Positions 9,164-21,119 of a stretch of DNA of 45,123 nucleotides are shown here, piece after piece. The stretch spans positions 1 through 45,123 of the forward strand of contig NW_021834928.1 of the NCBI RefSeq assembly GCF_006345805.1. The letters are read 5' to 3'. A program made the position numbers and the translations under genes. Source of the DNA: Octopus sinensis. Taxonomy: Eukaryota. How positions within the stretch are numbered: position 1 is the stretch's first letter; each line of letters opens with the position of its first letter. Below the pieces are notes generated by a model. That model was not told the origin of the DNA. It worked only from the letters and a program-made list of their open reading frames with translations, and ran no database searches.

Positions 9164-10536
9164 ATATATATATAATATATAAATATATATATATACACAC
9201 ACAAACATACATATATATATATATATATAGCATTAAAAAACATCCATCACACCTGGTCCTACCAACCGGTTTCGCGTAACGAATACAATGGAGTCTTACG
9301 TAACAAAACCGATTACATAACTTTAGCCTATATTTAGCAGCTAAATTTGTCTTATATCGCAACTTGCCGTCTAAGAAATGGAAAGGCATACACTAAATAA
9401 TGTAATAAATGTCCTTCCATTTCCGAGACAGCAAAGTGCGATATAAGACAGATTTAGCCACTACTTATCGAATATTGCGCAACCACTCAAGCGGTAGTAA
9501 TATTGTTGGTTCGTATGACACAACCGCGCACTTAATGACGCAATACCAAAACATAATCGAAGGTGGTGGTGTTGTCAGAGCTTACCACAGATGATGAAAA
9601 AATCTATTAGTAGTAGAAGTATTAGTGGTAGTGATGGTGGTTGTATTAGTTACGAAAAATTGTACTTCTACCTTTTAAGACGGTTAATTGGTACAAACAG
9701 AGTTATCTATCCTTATCTTGTCATATATATATATAATTCTGTTGTTGTACTAATTGCGGTTTACCATTGATAAAACACCCCGAGGTTCTTTTCTACGTCA
9801 TCATATCTTATTATTTCGTTGACACACAGTTATTATTTATTTAACTGTCACACGAGGAAGACGAGTCCAATTTTTTTCACTGACTGCTATGTAAAGGTGC
9901 TCGTACACTGCCGATGAGATACAATAATAGTAAGTTAGTTGTTAATTGCTACTTGTCATTTCGTCTAGTTTTCTAACGTGCATTTTCATAAGTTTCCGGT
10001 ACTCATTTCTGTTTTTATTCATTCATAATTTCTTTTCTGTTGTCTTTTTTTTTTTTTTACCTATAGTCATCTGTATTGTTTGTCAATATTAATAAACGAA
10101 CACAAAGTGGTTCGAGCTGACAGAATGGTCACCTCGCTCGCCGGTGGGGGGAAAACACAAGTATTTCGTCTGCCCTTATTATCCGGAGTTCAAATTCCAC
10201 CGAGCTTAAAAACTTTGTCTTTCGTCTTTTCGCAGCCGATAAAATAAGTACCAGTTGAGCACTTGGGTAGATGCAATCGACTAGATCCCTTCCACCGTAT
10301 TTGCTAGGCTTGTGTCGAAATTTGAAAGCAACATTATTTATGGACATACACACATGTATATACATATACCACTCTTTATATTGATATTCAACTATATGTA
10401 TACATACATACATATATCTATCTATCTATTTATCAATCTATCTATCTATTTATCAATCAATCTATCTATTTATCAATCTATCTATTTATCAATCTATCTA
10501 TTTATCAATCTATCTATTTATCAATCTATCTATCTG

Positions 10537-10585
<49 letters not shown>

Positions 10586-11536
10586 TTCTTTTACAAGACC
10601 GGTGTTAATAGTGACTTCGAAGTGTCTGTCTGCTTGGCCATCATCGGACTGTCAGCACTATTCTTGTGAAAGAATAATAAATACGAGCTCTACAAAAGAA
10701 TTACCGTGCGATCCATCGGTTTAATATAAAATTGTTTCTGTTATAACTCCGTCTAAGGTGGCGAACATGCCGGAAAAAATGCTTAGTTGCCTTTCGTCCG
10801 TCCTTGCATTCTCAGTTCAAATTTCGCCGAGATCGACTTTGGCTGTTTAATTCTTTCGGGGTCGATGAAATAAGTGTCACTCGACCTCTGGGTGGGTCGA
10901 TGCATTCCTCCGGAATTTCAGGCCTTGTACCCAGCATTAAAAAATTATTATAACTCGGCTTCGAAACAAACAAACAAATACACACACACACGCACATGCA
11001 CACGTGCAAGAGAAATAAAGTGAAAGAAGAGATGTTTATTTGACTAGTTTACAAATCTACTTTTGCATCGTGCATTGTTTAGTGTCTTCCTCCTTCGAAG
11101 CGGATCAACGAAAGAAATATATACACACACTCAAATATACTTTTTATATTTAATCGGAGGAAAGTTACAAAATTGACTCAAGAACTAAGAGTTTCGTTTC
11201 GTTTACGACAACAAGTTTGACAAGTATCGTGGACGAAATTTGGATCTTGACCCGCTTTCATGAAGTACATTCGATTCTAAATTCAATTACAGGCGCAGGT
11301 GTCACCTTCCGTGACATGTTCGATTATGTTTTAGTATTGCATCATTGAATGCGCTGTTGAGCCATTCGAACCGACAATATTACTTACCAACCACATGACT
11401 CCGGGTTCAATCTCACTGCGCGGCACCTTGGGCAAGTGTTTTCAACCATAGCTTCAAGCTGAGCGAAGCCTTGTGAGTGGATTTGGTAGACGGAAACTAA
11501 AAGAAGCTGGTCGTACATCTATATACAAATATATCA

Positions 11537-11735
11537 GGCGTAACTTCGGTATAGGTAGCGGAAGTACCGGATACATTTCAAGAAAGTGTTTTTTTATATA
11601 TATATATATATATATAGGAGGTTAGGGTTAGGGTTTGTGTTAGGGTTGGGGGTGGGAGAAAAGGGTTTCTGTTATCTTCAGAAATGTAAACAAAGCCACT
11701 TCCTGTTCTTACGGTACCTATACCGAACGCTCGCC
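11537..11735. mobile_element. Short MITE with internal TTAGGG-like repeats
   Basis: Imperfect TIRs GGCG..TTCGGTATAGGTA; internal similarity to the 860-1275 MITE; no clear TSD. Confidence 0.55.
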
Positions 11736-12456
11736 ACATATTGCACAGGGGTGAGGGTGAGGCATGCGGACTCCCGCCTTTGCCGTGAACAGGAATTAAT
11801 CTTCTCTCTGCCCCTTTTCGCCACATCGGCTCAGCTCAGCTCCTCTCTTCACCTGACACCAACCTCACCCTGTCTCTTCATTTAAAACCACACACACTAA
11901 CACTGGCCCCTTCTCAGAACCCACACCGCACACCAGCATCCACACACCCACACACAATCTTCAGTAGCGTCACCACACATACCACTGTATGAGCAGTCAC
12001 ACTGTCTAACACAGTACACACTCCACACCCACACATAATACCTGAACGCAGACACTATATACTCCCACACCCACACAAGCTCATAATACCTGAACACAGG
12101 TTATATATACATATACACACAACATACACACATGCACCTTCTCTTGTTGGAATCATTATATCTTTATTGTCTCCCTCCCATTCAACATCATTTTTTATTA
12201 TTATCTTCCTTCTTTTCAGCCTCTTTTTTCCCCAATCATTTGCTATGCTGGACCGCTGAGATCTACAAGTTTTTTTTCATTCCCTCTCTGTTAATTTTCT
12301 CTTATTCCTTTCTCATGAAGAGCATAAGCTCGAAATGTCGCAGACTGTTTCATTTTCCCCGAGCGTCAAACTACTACACTTGCTTGTTGTTCATACACCT
12401 GTCTTCATCTTTTGTTTTTTTTATAAATTTCAACTAAATATATACATAGATACCTG

Positions 12457-12614
12457 TGCAGGAGTGGCTGTGTGGTAAGTAGCTTGCTTACCAACCACAC
12501 GGTTCCGGGTTCATTCCCACTGCGTGGCACCTTGGGCAAGTGTCTTCTACTATAGCCTCGGGCCGACCAAAGCCTTGTGAGTGGATTTGGTAGACAGAAA
12601 CTGAAAAAAGCCTG

Positions 12615-12660
<46 letters not shown>

Positions 12661-12880
12661 TTGTGTGTGTATGTTTGTGCGTCTGTGTTTGTCCCCCTAA
12701 CATCGCTTGACAACCGATGCTGGTGTATTTATGTCCCCCGTAACTTAGAGGTTCGGCAAAAAGAGACCGATAAAATAAGTACTAGGCTTACAAAGAATAA
12801 GTCCTAGGGTCGATTTGCTCGACTGAAGGTGGTGCTCCAGAATGGCCGCAGTCTAATGACTGAAACGAGTAAAGAGTAAC
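12457..12880 (+). mobile_element. SINE family A
   Basis: Full head, microsatellite middle, tail. Confidence 0.9.
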
Positions 12881-13062
12881 ATGCCATTTTTTCGAACTAT
12901 TTGCTTAATCTCTTTTACCAAACCACTAAGTTACAGGAACATAATCACACCATATGAGATGACAGTTTTCTAAATGTTTTTTCTGTTCTATGTTGTTTTT
13001 CAAGACACGTCGCATGCCTTAGAACCAGTTACTAATACAAGTTCAGCAAGTTAGGCAGCGAG

Positions 13063-13645
13063 CTGGCAGAAACGTTAGCACGCCGGGCAAAATGCGTAGC
13101 CGTATTTCGTCTGCCGCTACGTTCTGAGTTCAAATTCCGCCGAGGTCGACTTTGCCTTTCATCCTTTTGGGGTTGATAAATTAAGTACCAGTTACGCACT
13201 GGGGTCAATGTAATTGACTTATTCTGTTTGTCCTTGTTTGTCCCCTCTGTGTTTAGTCCCTTGTGAGCAATAAAGAAATAGGTATTTCGTCTGCCACTAC
13301 ATTCTGAGTTCAAATTCCGCCGAGGTGGACTTTGCCTTTCATCCTTTCGGGGTCAATTAAATAAGTACCAGTTGCGCACTGGTGTCAACGTAATTGACTT
13401 GATCCGTTTGTCTGTCCTTGTTTGTCCCCTCTATATTTAGCCCCTTGTGAGTAATAAAGAAATAAGTATTTCGTCTGCCGTTATGTTCTGAGTTCAAATT
13501 CCGCCGAGTTTGACTTTGCCTTTCATCGTTTTGGGGTCGATAAATAAAGTACCAGTTTCGCACTGGGATCGATGTAATCGACTTGATCCGTTTGTCTGTC
13601 CTTGTTTGTCCCCTCTTTAGCCCCTTGTGGGTAGTAAAGAAATAT
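13063..13645 (+). mobile_element. SINE family B trimer (one head, three bodies)
   Basis: Junctions AAAGAAATA(G/A)GTATTTCGTCTG; TSD ACTAATACAA at 13031-13040 and 13646-13655. Confidence 0.85.
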
Positions 13646-13869
13646 ACTAATACAAATACAGGTGCATCTGTATTTTGGAAATACGAAAGCATTTGCTCTC
13701 TTGTGACCTCTTTCAGGTTTCAGTTTTCAGAAGATTAAATTTTAGGTTTCACAGATTAAATTGCTCTCTCTCTCTCTCTTGTTTAGAAAACTGAAAACTT
13801 TCAGTGAAATAGAAACTATCTTTTCTTTTTTTTTGTCAGGTTGCTATTTTTTGTTAGGTTGTCAAGGCG

Positions 13870-14078
13870 ACAGTCAAATGACTGAAACAAGTAAAAGCGT
13901 AAAAGAATAATAATTAAGTAGATGTGCATCTATCGACCCCTTGAATGCAGGCATCTCCAAAGTGGCCGATATCGACCCCTGGGAGTCGATTTGATTGGAT
14001 TATTCAAGGGGTCGATAGATGCACATCTACTTAATTATTATTCTTTTACGCTTTTACTTGTTTCAGTCATTTGACTGT
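13870..14078. repeat. Perfect 77 bp inverted repeat with 55 bp spacer
   Basis: 13870-13946 is the exact reverse complement of 14002-14078. Confidence 0.95.
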
Positions 14079-14249
14079 GGCCATGCTGGAGCACCGCCTT
14101 TAGTTGAGCAAATTGACCCTAGTACTTATTCTTTGTAAGCCTAGTACTTATTCTATCGGTCTCTTATGCCGAACTGCTAAGTTACATGCCAGCATCGGTT
14201 GTCAAGTGATGTTGGGGGGACAAACACAGACACACAAACGTATACACAT

Positions 14250-14296
<47 letters not shown>

Positions 14297-14553
14297 GACG
14301 GGCTTCTTTCAGTTTCCGTCTACCAAATCCACTCACAAGGCTTAGGTCGGCCCGAGACTATAGTAGAAGAAACTTGCCTAAGGTGCCACGCAGTGGGACT
14401 GAACCCGGAACCATATGGTTGGTAAGCAAGCTACTTACCACACAGCCACTCCTACGCCTGTTATTATTTATTTTCTTGTACATGCCTATGGGTCAATGAG
14501 GGGTCAAGTATACTATGAAGGGATTGATGGTCTAAAAAGTTTGGGGACCCCTG
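13948..14553. mobile_element. hAT-type MITE interrupted by a SINE
   Basis: Left CAGGCATCTCCAAAGT, right AGTTTGGGGACCCCTG; internal ATCGACCCC motifs. Confidence 0.55.
14040..14459 (-). mobile_element. SINE family A
   Basis: Reverse complement of the family A consensus seen elsewhere in the window. Confidence 0.9.
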
Positions 14554-15117
14554 TATTAATATGGGTATTAGTAGATGGTGAGTAGTATGTGTATTGTAGG
14601 CTGCATGCAGCGGTTGGATATGTATGTAGTTGTGGGCTGCGTAGTATGTCTGTGAACTGTGTATGTATATGTATTTGTGTGCCTGCAGTCAGCTCTTTGT
14701 GTTTGTGTTTTTGTGGAGGACTCTGTGTGTGTGTGTTTGTCGAGAGCTATGTATGTGTGCGTGTTTGGCGGGCTGCTGTGTATAGGTATTAAAAATGTAG
14801 TAACTAATCCTCTTAAGATATTTATTAATCCCATGAACTTGAGACAAACTACAGACACAAGCACACACACACACACACACACACATATATTCAGTTTTGC
14901 ATGCTTCCACCCACATTCTCTCACACCAACCATAGAGGCAACCACTGCATGGTCAGTCAATCTACTAAAAATAGAAGCCAAATTCTCTTTAAATCACACC
15001 CTACTGGCTTAGAGTATGAGAATATTATAGTCCTGGATATACAAAGGACAGAATGCTCATGTCTGGAATGCCGTTGATCATAGGTTTACTGACTCAACAT
15101 TGACTCCAGGCTAAATT

Positions 15118-15235
15118 CATTACCAACCCAGCTGAAACCAGATCTGGCTTTGTAATACAAATATCTTGTTTTCATAAGTTTTGAATCAAAATCTTCCACC
15201 AAACCTAAGTCGCAATTTATGTTCATAACACTTTA
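15118..15235 (-). mobile_element. Diverged fragment of the piggyBac-type MITE family
   Basis: TACCAACCCAGCTGAAACCAG...CTTCCACCAAACC matches the 169 bp unit in reverse. Confidence 0.7.
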
Positions 15236-15319
15236 GTGTTCAGATTATTCTGTCAAATGTGATGTTTGTTTATTTATATTGTTTTGCTAGAAATAACAGC
15301 AAAATCTCCTGAAAATATC

Positions 15320-15520
15320 CTATTTCTTTACTACCCACAAGGGGCTAAATACAGAGAGGACAAACAAGGACACACAAATGGATTAAGTCGATTACATCGA
15401 CCCCAGTGCGTTACTGGTACTTATTTAATTGACCCCCGAAAGGATGAAAGCCAAAGTCGACCTCGGCAGAATTTGAACTCAGAATGTAGTGGCGTGCTAA
15501 CGTTTCTGCCAGCTCACCAC
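15320..15520 (-). mobile_element. SINE family B
   Basis: Reverse match to the family B body and head. Confidence 0.8.
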
Positions 15521-15574
15521 CTAATACCTTAGCAGTAGAACACAAGGACACGTTGGATAGTATTACATACATGA

Positions 15575-15923
15575 AAGCACTCCGTCGGTTACGACGACGA
15601 GAATTCCGGTTGATCCGAATCAACGGAACAGGCTCGTGAAATTAACGTGCACCCATAACATAGTTCTCGGGGATATTCAGCGTGACACAGAGAGTGACAA
15701 GGCCGGCCCTTTGAAATACAGGTACAACAGAAACAGGAAGTAAGAGTGAGAGAAAGTTGTGGTGAAAGAGTACAGCAGGGATCACCACCATCCCCTGCCG
15801 GAGCCTCGTGGAGCTTTTAGGTGTTTTCACTCAATAAACACTCACAACGCCTGGTCTGGGAATCGAAACCGCGATCCTATGACCGCGAGTCCGCTGCCCT
15901 AACTACTGGGCCATTGCACCTCC
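15575..15923 (-). mobile_element. SINE family C
   Basis: Colinear with 3612-3997. Confidence 0.85.
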
Positions 15924-16341
15924 ACATTACATACATACTCAATCAATGACTACAGCTGTTTAACATACACACATGCACACGTTCTTTCATTACATTGAAG
16001 GATCATCATTTGTAAAGTTTATTGTCTCTGTTTTAACATCTGTTTTTGCATGAGTCAGTACAGAATAAATGACGTGATTTTGGTGGTTTGTCTGCAAATT
16101 AGAAGGCAGTGTTTCAAGCAAAGAAGTACAAACAAACACTCGCGCACACAATCACACACACATGCATACACACGCATACATTCACTTGCACACATACACT
16201 CAGTCACACACTTACACTCACACACACACACACACACACTTGTGAAAGTTTTAAAAAATTATACTTGCAAGGGCACCAAAGTTCAGCTTTCCTGGGGCAC
16301 CAGCAACCCTAGAGCTGGTTCTGACAGGAAGAGTATACAGC

Positions 16342-16685
16342 ATAGGCGTAGGAGTGGCTGTGTGGTAAGTAGCTACCTTACCAACTGCATGGTTCCGGGT
16401 TCAGTCCCACTGCGTAGCACCTTGGGCAAATGTCTTATACTATAGCCACGGGCCGACCAAAGCCTTGTGACTGGATTTGGTAGAGGGAAACTGAAAGAAA
16501 CTCGTCGTATATATGTATCATCATCATCATCACCATCGTTTAACATCCGTTCTCCATGCTAGCATGGGTTGGACGGTTCGACCGGGGTTCTGGGAAGCCA
16601 GAAGGCTGCACCAGGCTACAGTCTAATCTGGCAATGTTTCTACAGCTGGATGCCCTTCCTAACGCCAACCACTCCGTGAGTGTAG

Positions 16686-16728
<43 letters not shown>

Positions 16729-16945
16729 CATATGCTTCTGTGTCTGTGTTTGTCCCCACCAACATCGCTTGACAACCAATGTTGGTGTGTTTACGTCCTC
16801 GTAACTTAGCAGTTCAGCATAAGAGACCGATAGAATAAGTACTAGGCTTACAAAGAAATAAGTCTTGGGGTCGATTTGCTCGACTAAAGGCGGTGCTCCA
16901 GCATGGCCACAGTCAAATGACTGAAACAAGTAAAAGAGTAAAAGA
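16342..16945 (+). mobile_element. SINE family A interrupted by an antisense family D fragment (~16520-16690)
   Basis: Head 16342-16510, tail 16740-16945; insert has (CAT)n tail and GGATGCCCTTCCTAACGCCAACC. Confidence 0.8.
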
Positions 16946-17001
16946 GAGAGCTGTAGAAAATCTGCCTCCATCCAATCCATGCAAGCATGATATAGTAAAA
17001 G

Positions 17002-17415
17002 GTGGCAAGCTGGCAGAAGTGTTAGCACGCTGGGCGAAATGTGTAGCTCTATTTTGTCTGCCGTTACATTCTGAGTTCAAATTCCGCCAAGGTCGACTTT
17101 GCCTTTCATCCTTTCGGGGTCGATAAATTAAGTACCAGTTACGCACTGGGGTCGATGTAATTGACTTAAACCGTTTGTCTGTCCTTGTTTGTCCCCTCTG
17201 TGTTTAGCCCCTTGTGGGTAGTAAAGAAATAGGTATTTTGTCTGCCGTTACGTTCTGAGTTCAAATTCCGCCGAGGTCGACTTTGTCTTTCATCCTTTCG
17301 GGGTCAATAAATTAAGTACCAGTTACGCACTGGGGTCGATGAAATTGACTTAATCCGTTTGTCTGTCCTTGTTTCTCCCCTCTGTGTTTAACCCCTTGTG
17401 GGCAATAAAGAAACA
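17002..17415 (+). mobile_element. SINE family B dimer
   Basis: One head, two bodies; TSD GATATAGTAAAAG at 16989-17001 and 17416-17428. Confidence 0.88.
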
Positions 17416-17819
17416 GATATAGTAAAAGATAAAATGGTGATGGTACAGATATACGTGATGGGCTTCTTTTCTTTTTCCATCTGCCAAATCCACCTACAAG
17501 ACAAAATGATCCTTTCCATTATTGGCACAAGGCCTGAAATTTTGTGAGAGGATTTAGTAGATCCAATCAATCTCATTACTTGACTGGCACTTATTCTTGA
17601 GGGCCAAGAGATCATCCCTGTCTGATGAAAGCTTTGACATGCTAATTTTCATGAAGGGCAAAAATGCATCTCATGAACAAAATGGAGAACAAGAAGAAGA
17701 GGAAAAATTAAATTATGTATATATTGTGTTTTTCATTTATTTTTTTTTTTTACAGTCACTCTATTGATGAATTTTTTTAGTTTTATACTAATATTGTGTT
17801 TCACTTGAGTTTTTTTTTT

Positions 17820-18120
17820 TAATCCGGTGGCATGTAAAAAGCACCATCCAGATTAAGTGCGTAGCTGACTGGCTTCTGTGCTGGTGGCACGTAAAAAGCA
17901 CCAACCGATCGATGCCATTGCTAGCTTCCCCTGGCACATAAAATGCACCCACTACACTCACAAAGTGGTTGGCGTTAGGAAGGGCATCCAGCTGAAGAAA
18001 CACTGCCAGATCAGACTGGAGCCTGGTGCAGCCTCCTGGCTTCCCAGACCCCGCTCAAACCGTCCAACCTGTGCTAGCACAGAAAGCGGACGTTAAATGA
18101 CGACGATGATGATGATGATG
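17820..18120 (+). mobile_element. SINE family D (GGAAGGGCATCCAGC domain, (GAT)n tail)
   Basis: GTTGGCGTTAGGAAGGGCATCCAGC resembles the Meta-SINE-type conserved domain; RTE-like tail GGACGTTAAATGA... Confidence 0.75.
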
Positions 18121-18391
18121 ATTTCTGGCTCTAAAAGCACCTAAAAACTTTAAAAAGGGGTGAAACTATGAAATCAGCCTTTTTTAACTCTAAAGCAAAA
18201 AAAAAAAAAATAGAGATTTTTGGGTTCTAAAGCCCTTAAAAAAACCTAAAAAGACTGATTTTATAGTTTTGGCACTTTTTAAAGGTGTTTTTCTGTAGTT
18301 TTAGAGCAGAAACTGATTTTGTCTTTTTTCTATAATAAAAATTAACGTTAACAGTTTATCGATAACTTCTGTTACATTTTTAAAGAATTAA

Positions 18392-18800
18392 GTGCAGGAG
18401 TGGCCGTGTGGTAAGTAGCTTGCTTACCAACCACACAGTTCCAGGTTCATTCCCACTGTGTGGCATCTTGGGCAAGTGTCTTATACTATAGCCTCGGGCC
18501 GACCAAAGCCTTGTAAGTGGATTTGGTAGATGGAAACTGAAAGAAGCCCGTCGTATATATATATATGTATATATATATGTGTGTGTGTGTTTGTGTGTCT
18601 GTGTTTGTCTCCCCAACATCGCTTGACAACCGATGCTGGTGTGTTTACATCCCCGTAACTTAGTGGTTCGGCAAAAGAGACCGATAGGATAAGTACTAGG
18701 CTTACAAAGAATAAGTCCTGGGGTCGATTTGCTCGAGTAAAGGCGGTGCTCCAGCATGGCCACAGTCACATGACTGAAACAAGTAAAAGAGTAAAGAGTA
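18392..18800 (+). mobile_element. SINE family A
   Basis: Full-length copy. Confidence 0.9.
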
Positions 18801-19040
18801 ATTAACTGTTATCAAAGTTAGCCGTTTGGTTAATGGATTAATGGTTAACGAAGTTAACTTTTTGATTGATGGTGCCCACTTTTGTCTTAATGGTATCCAC
18901 CTTAGAGATCATTGACTGCTGCATCCGTTTATCACTTAATTTCTGTTATACCTTATACAAAGTCCATTCTTCTTACACCTTATCTTGTTGCTGTATCAGG
19001 GGTTTTTTTTTTTTTGGAATTATGCTTGTAAGTGTTATAT

Positions 19041-19483
19041 AATAATAATAATAATAATAATAAACATTGTGTACAGTGCTCAGGTGCACTACAAGTCATC
19101 TAAAGTGTATATATAATCAGGTGTAGTTTCGACGGATTTCGGAAAGCATGAGGGCCTTAAAGGATGCAGTGTCATGGCAGTCAACAACTGACGCAGGCAG
19201 TTTATTCCATGCTTCAGCAACTTTGAGCGTGAAAAAATGTTTCCGAAAGTCATGGGAGCTGTGTTGTTTTCTGACTTTGTAGGTATGTCCACGTGTGTTA
19301 GACACATGGAGATCAAAAAGGTGTTCAGTGTTGTTATTGGTGAGGTGGTTGACAACTTTGTGGGTGTTTACCAAGTCCGTTGCCAGACGCCGGAGCTTCA
19401 GTGAATCCATGCCCAGGGAAACAAGGCGCTCAGAATATGGTAGGTGTCTGATGGAGGGTATGCGTTTGGTTGCGTTTGGTTGC
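19041..19483 (-). mobile_element. 5'-truncated CR1-type LINE 3' end
   Basis: ATKRIPSIRHLPYSERLVSLGMDSLKLRRLATDL...RGH...FF..AWNKLP; (ATT)n tail. Confidence 0.9.
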
Positions 19484-20687
19484 GCGTCTTTCGATGTGAG
19501 CATGGGTTCATATGATGGGGCAGGCATCTGTGATCTAATTGGACTCTTTCTCCTAGATACCTTCGGTAAGACATTCCCTAACGTACATTTTGCCATCTAC
19601 AAAGATGATGCCCTCGCCTTAACAGCTAATACAAATGGACCAGCACAAGATCGTTTTAGGAAGGATATTATCCAGTTAATGAAACACTTCGGACTTAGTA
19701 TAACTATAGACACTAACCTGACGGTTGTCAATTTCTTAGACGTTTCCTTAGATCTTAATAATAATATTTATAGCCTTATAGGAAGCCCAATGATAGACTA
19801 AGTTATATTAATGTAGGTTCATGCCATCCCCTATAGTATTCAAAAATTTAGTTAAAAATATTAGTAAGAGGATTTCTAGCCTCTCATCTAATGAGGACAT
19901 CTTCAATAGCGTTGCCCCAGTTTATAATAAAGCTTTAAAAGATAGTGGTTTTAGCGAAAAAATAAAATATACACCTATCACCAGCCCAACAGTAAGGAAA
20001 AGGAATAATAGAAATAGGAAGGTCATCTGGTTTACGCCCCCTTACTCACCCGAGGTGGCCTTCAATATAGGTAAATATTTCCTAGCACTGATAGATAGAC
20101 ATTTTCCAGTTAACCATGCTTATAGGAAACTCTTCAATAGACACAATTTAAAAATTAGTTTTAGTTCAACTACCAATTTTAAAAACATAATCAATCATAA
20201 CATACAAAATACACAAGAAGAAAACAGCTGTTCATGCAGGAATAAAGAATTGTGCCCGCTAAATGGAGCTTGCATGTCCAAGACCATCATATATGAAGCT
20301 ACCGTAAACTCTATAACCACTAAAGACACCGTTTCGACGAAGAAATACGTGGGCCTGACAGAGGGTAATTTCAAGGCCAGGTTCAATAACCACACTTTGA
20401 GCTTTAGGCACTGGAACAAAAGAAAAGCGACACAATTATCCAATCATATTTGGTCTTTAAGAGATAAAGGTGTCGATTATAACATACAATGGAAGATTTT
20501 GGCCAGATGTAAGCCCTATACTAACGGCAGCGGAAGGTGCGGTTTATGCGACATGGAGAGATGGCTTATCTGGAAAAGCAGCTTAGACCCTACCACATGT
20601 CTTAATACAAGGACAGAGCTTTTCGGATCATGCCCACATGTGACTAAATTTCTGTTACGTTTTTGGTCCCCTAAAGAAAACGGATAG
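19484..20687 (+). pseudogene. PLE RT-endonuclease ORF remnant
   Basis: FDVSMGSYDGA, YKDD, VNFLDVSLDL, IWFTPPYS, CSC-x4-C-x4-C, IIYEA...YVGLTE, CGLC, LNTRTE..CPH; two 1 bp deletions near 19772 and 19830. Confidence 0.9.
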
Positions 20688-20872
20688 AACATGCTTTCTG
20701 TGTTATGTCCCAAGAAGATTTTATATATTTTTATATATTTTTTATGTATTTTTATATAATTTTTATGACGAAAAATGCGAGCGATGTATAAGTACGCAGG
20801 CAAAGCAGAGTTATAACAGAGTAATTTCCCTTCATTTTTAACGGTATTTTTTCATAACGTTTTCAAATAGCC

Positions 20873-20935
20873 AGATAACCGAAGAGATGGTGTTGTGGAT
20901 TTCCACTTCAGCATCTGAAACTCAGAGTTTTATCT
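20873..20935 (+). ncRNA. Minimal hammerhead ribozyme (family 2, U4C core variant) in the PLE 3' repeat
   Basis: AGATAA / CCGAAGA / GATG..CATC / T-GAAAC-TCAGA-GTT / TTATCT. Confidence 0.7.
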
Positions 20936-21038
20936 TGACTACCGAGTAATGTAACATATTGTATAGATAAATTTCCTCTATTTACATAATATTGAGGTCT
21001 CTTTCTTTCTTTTGTTATCTTACCATTTTATCAATATG

Positions 21039-21118
<80 letters not shown>

Positions 21119-21119
21119 G

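Larger units (their letters stand above)
17590..18880 (+). mobile_element. 3' remnant of a hAT transposon with two nested SINEs
   Basis: 17591-17715 translates LFLRAKRSSLSDESFDMLIFMKGKN, resembling the end of the hAT C-terminal dimerisation domain; right end GATGGTGCCCACT. Confidence 0.6.
19484..21035 (+). mobile_element. 5'-truncated Penelope-like element (RT plus C-terminal GIY-YIG; Naiad-like)
   Basis: RT and GIY-YIG motifs, 3' repeat with hammerhead, ends in (TA)n. Clade assignment is from motif recollection. Confidence 0.88.

Noticed and set aside
19117-19801. Overlapping ORFs crossing the CR1/PLE junction
   Set aside because: Each is one element's coding frame extended by the antisense of the other; there is no evidence of expression.
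19821-20687. Selenocysteine recoding, reported for some Naiad elements
   Set aside because: No in-frame TGA occurs in the visible ORF; the Cys positions use TGC/TGT.
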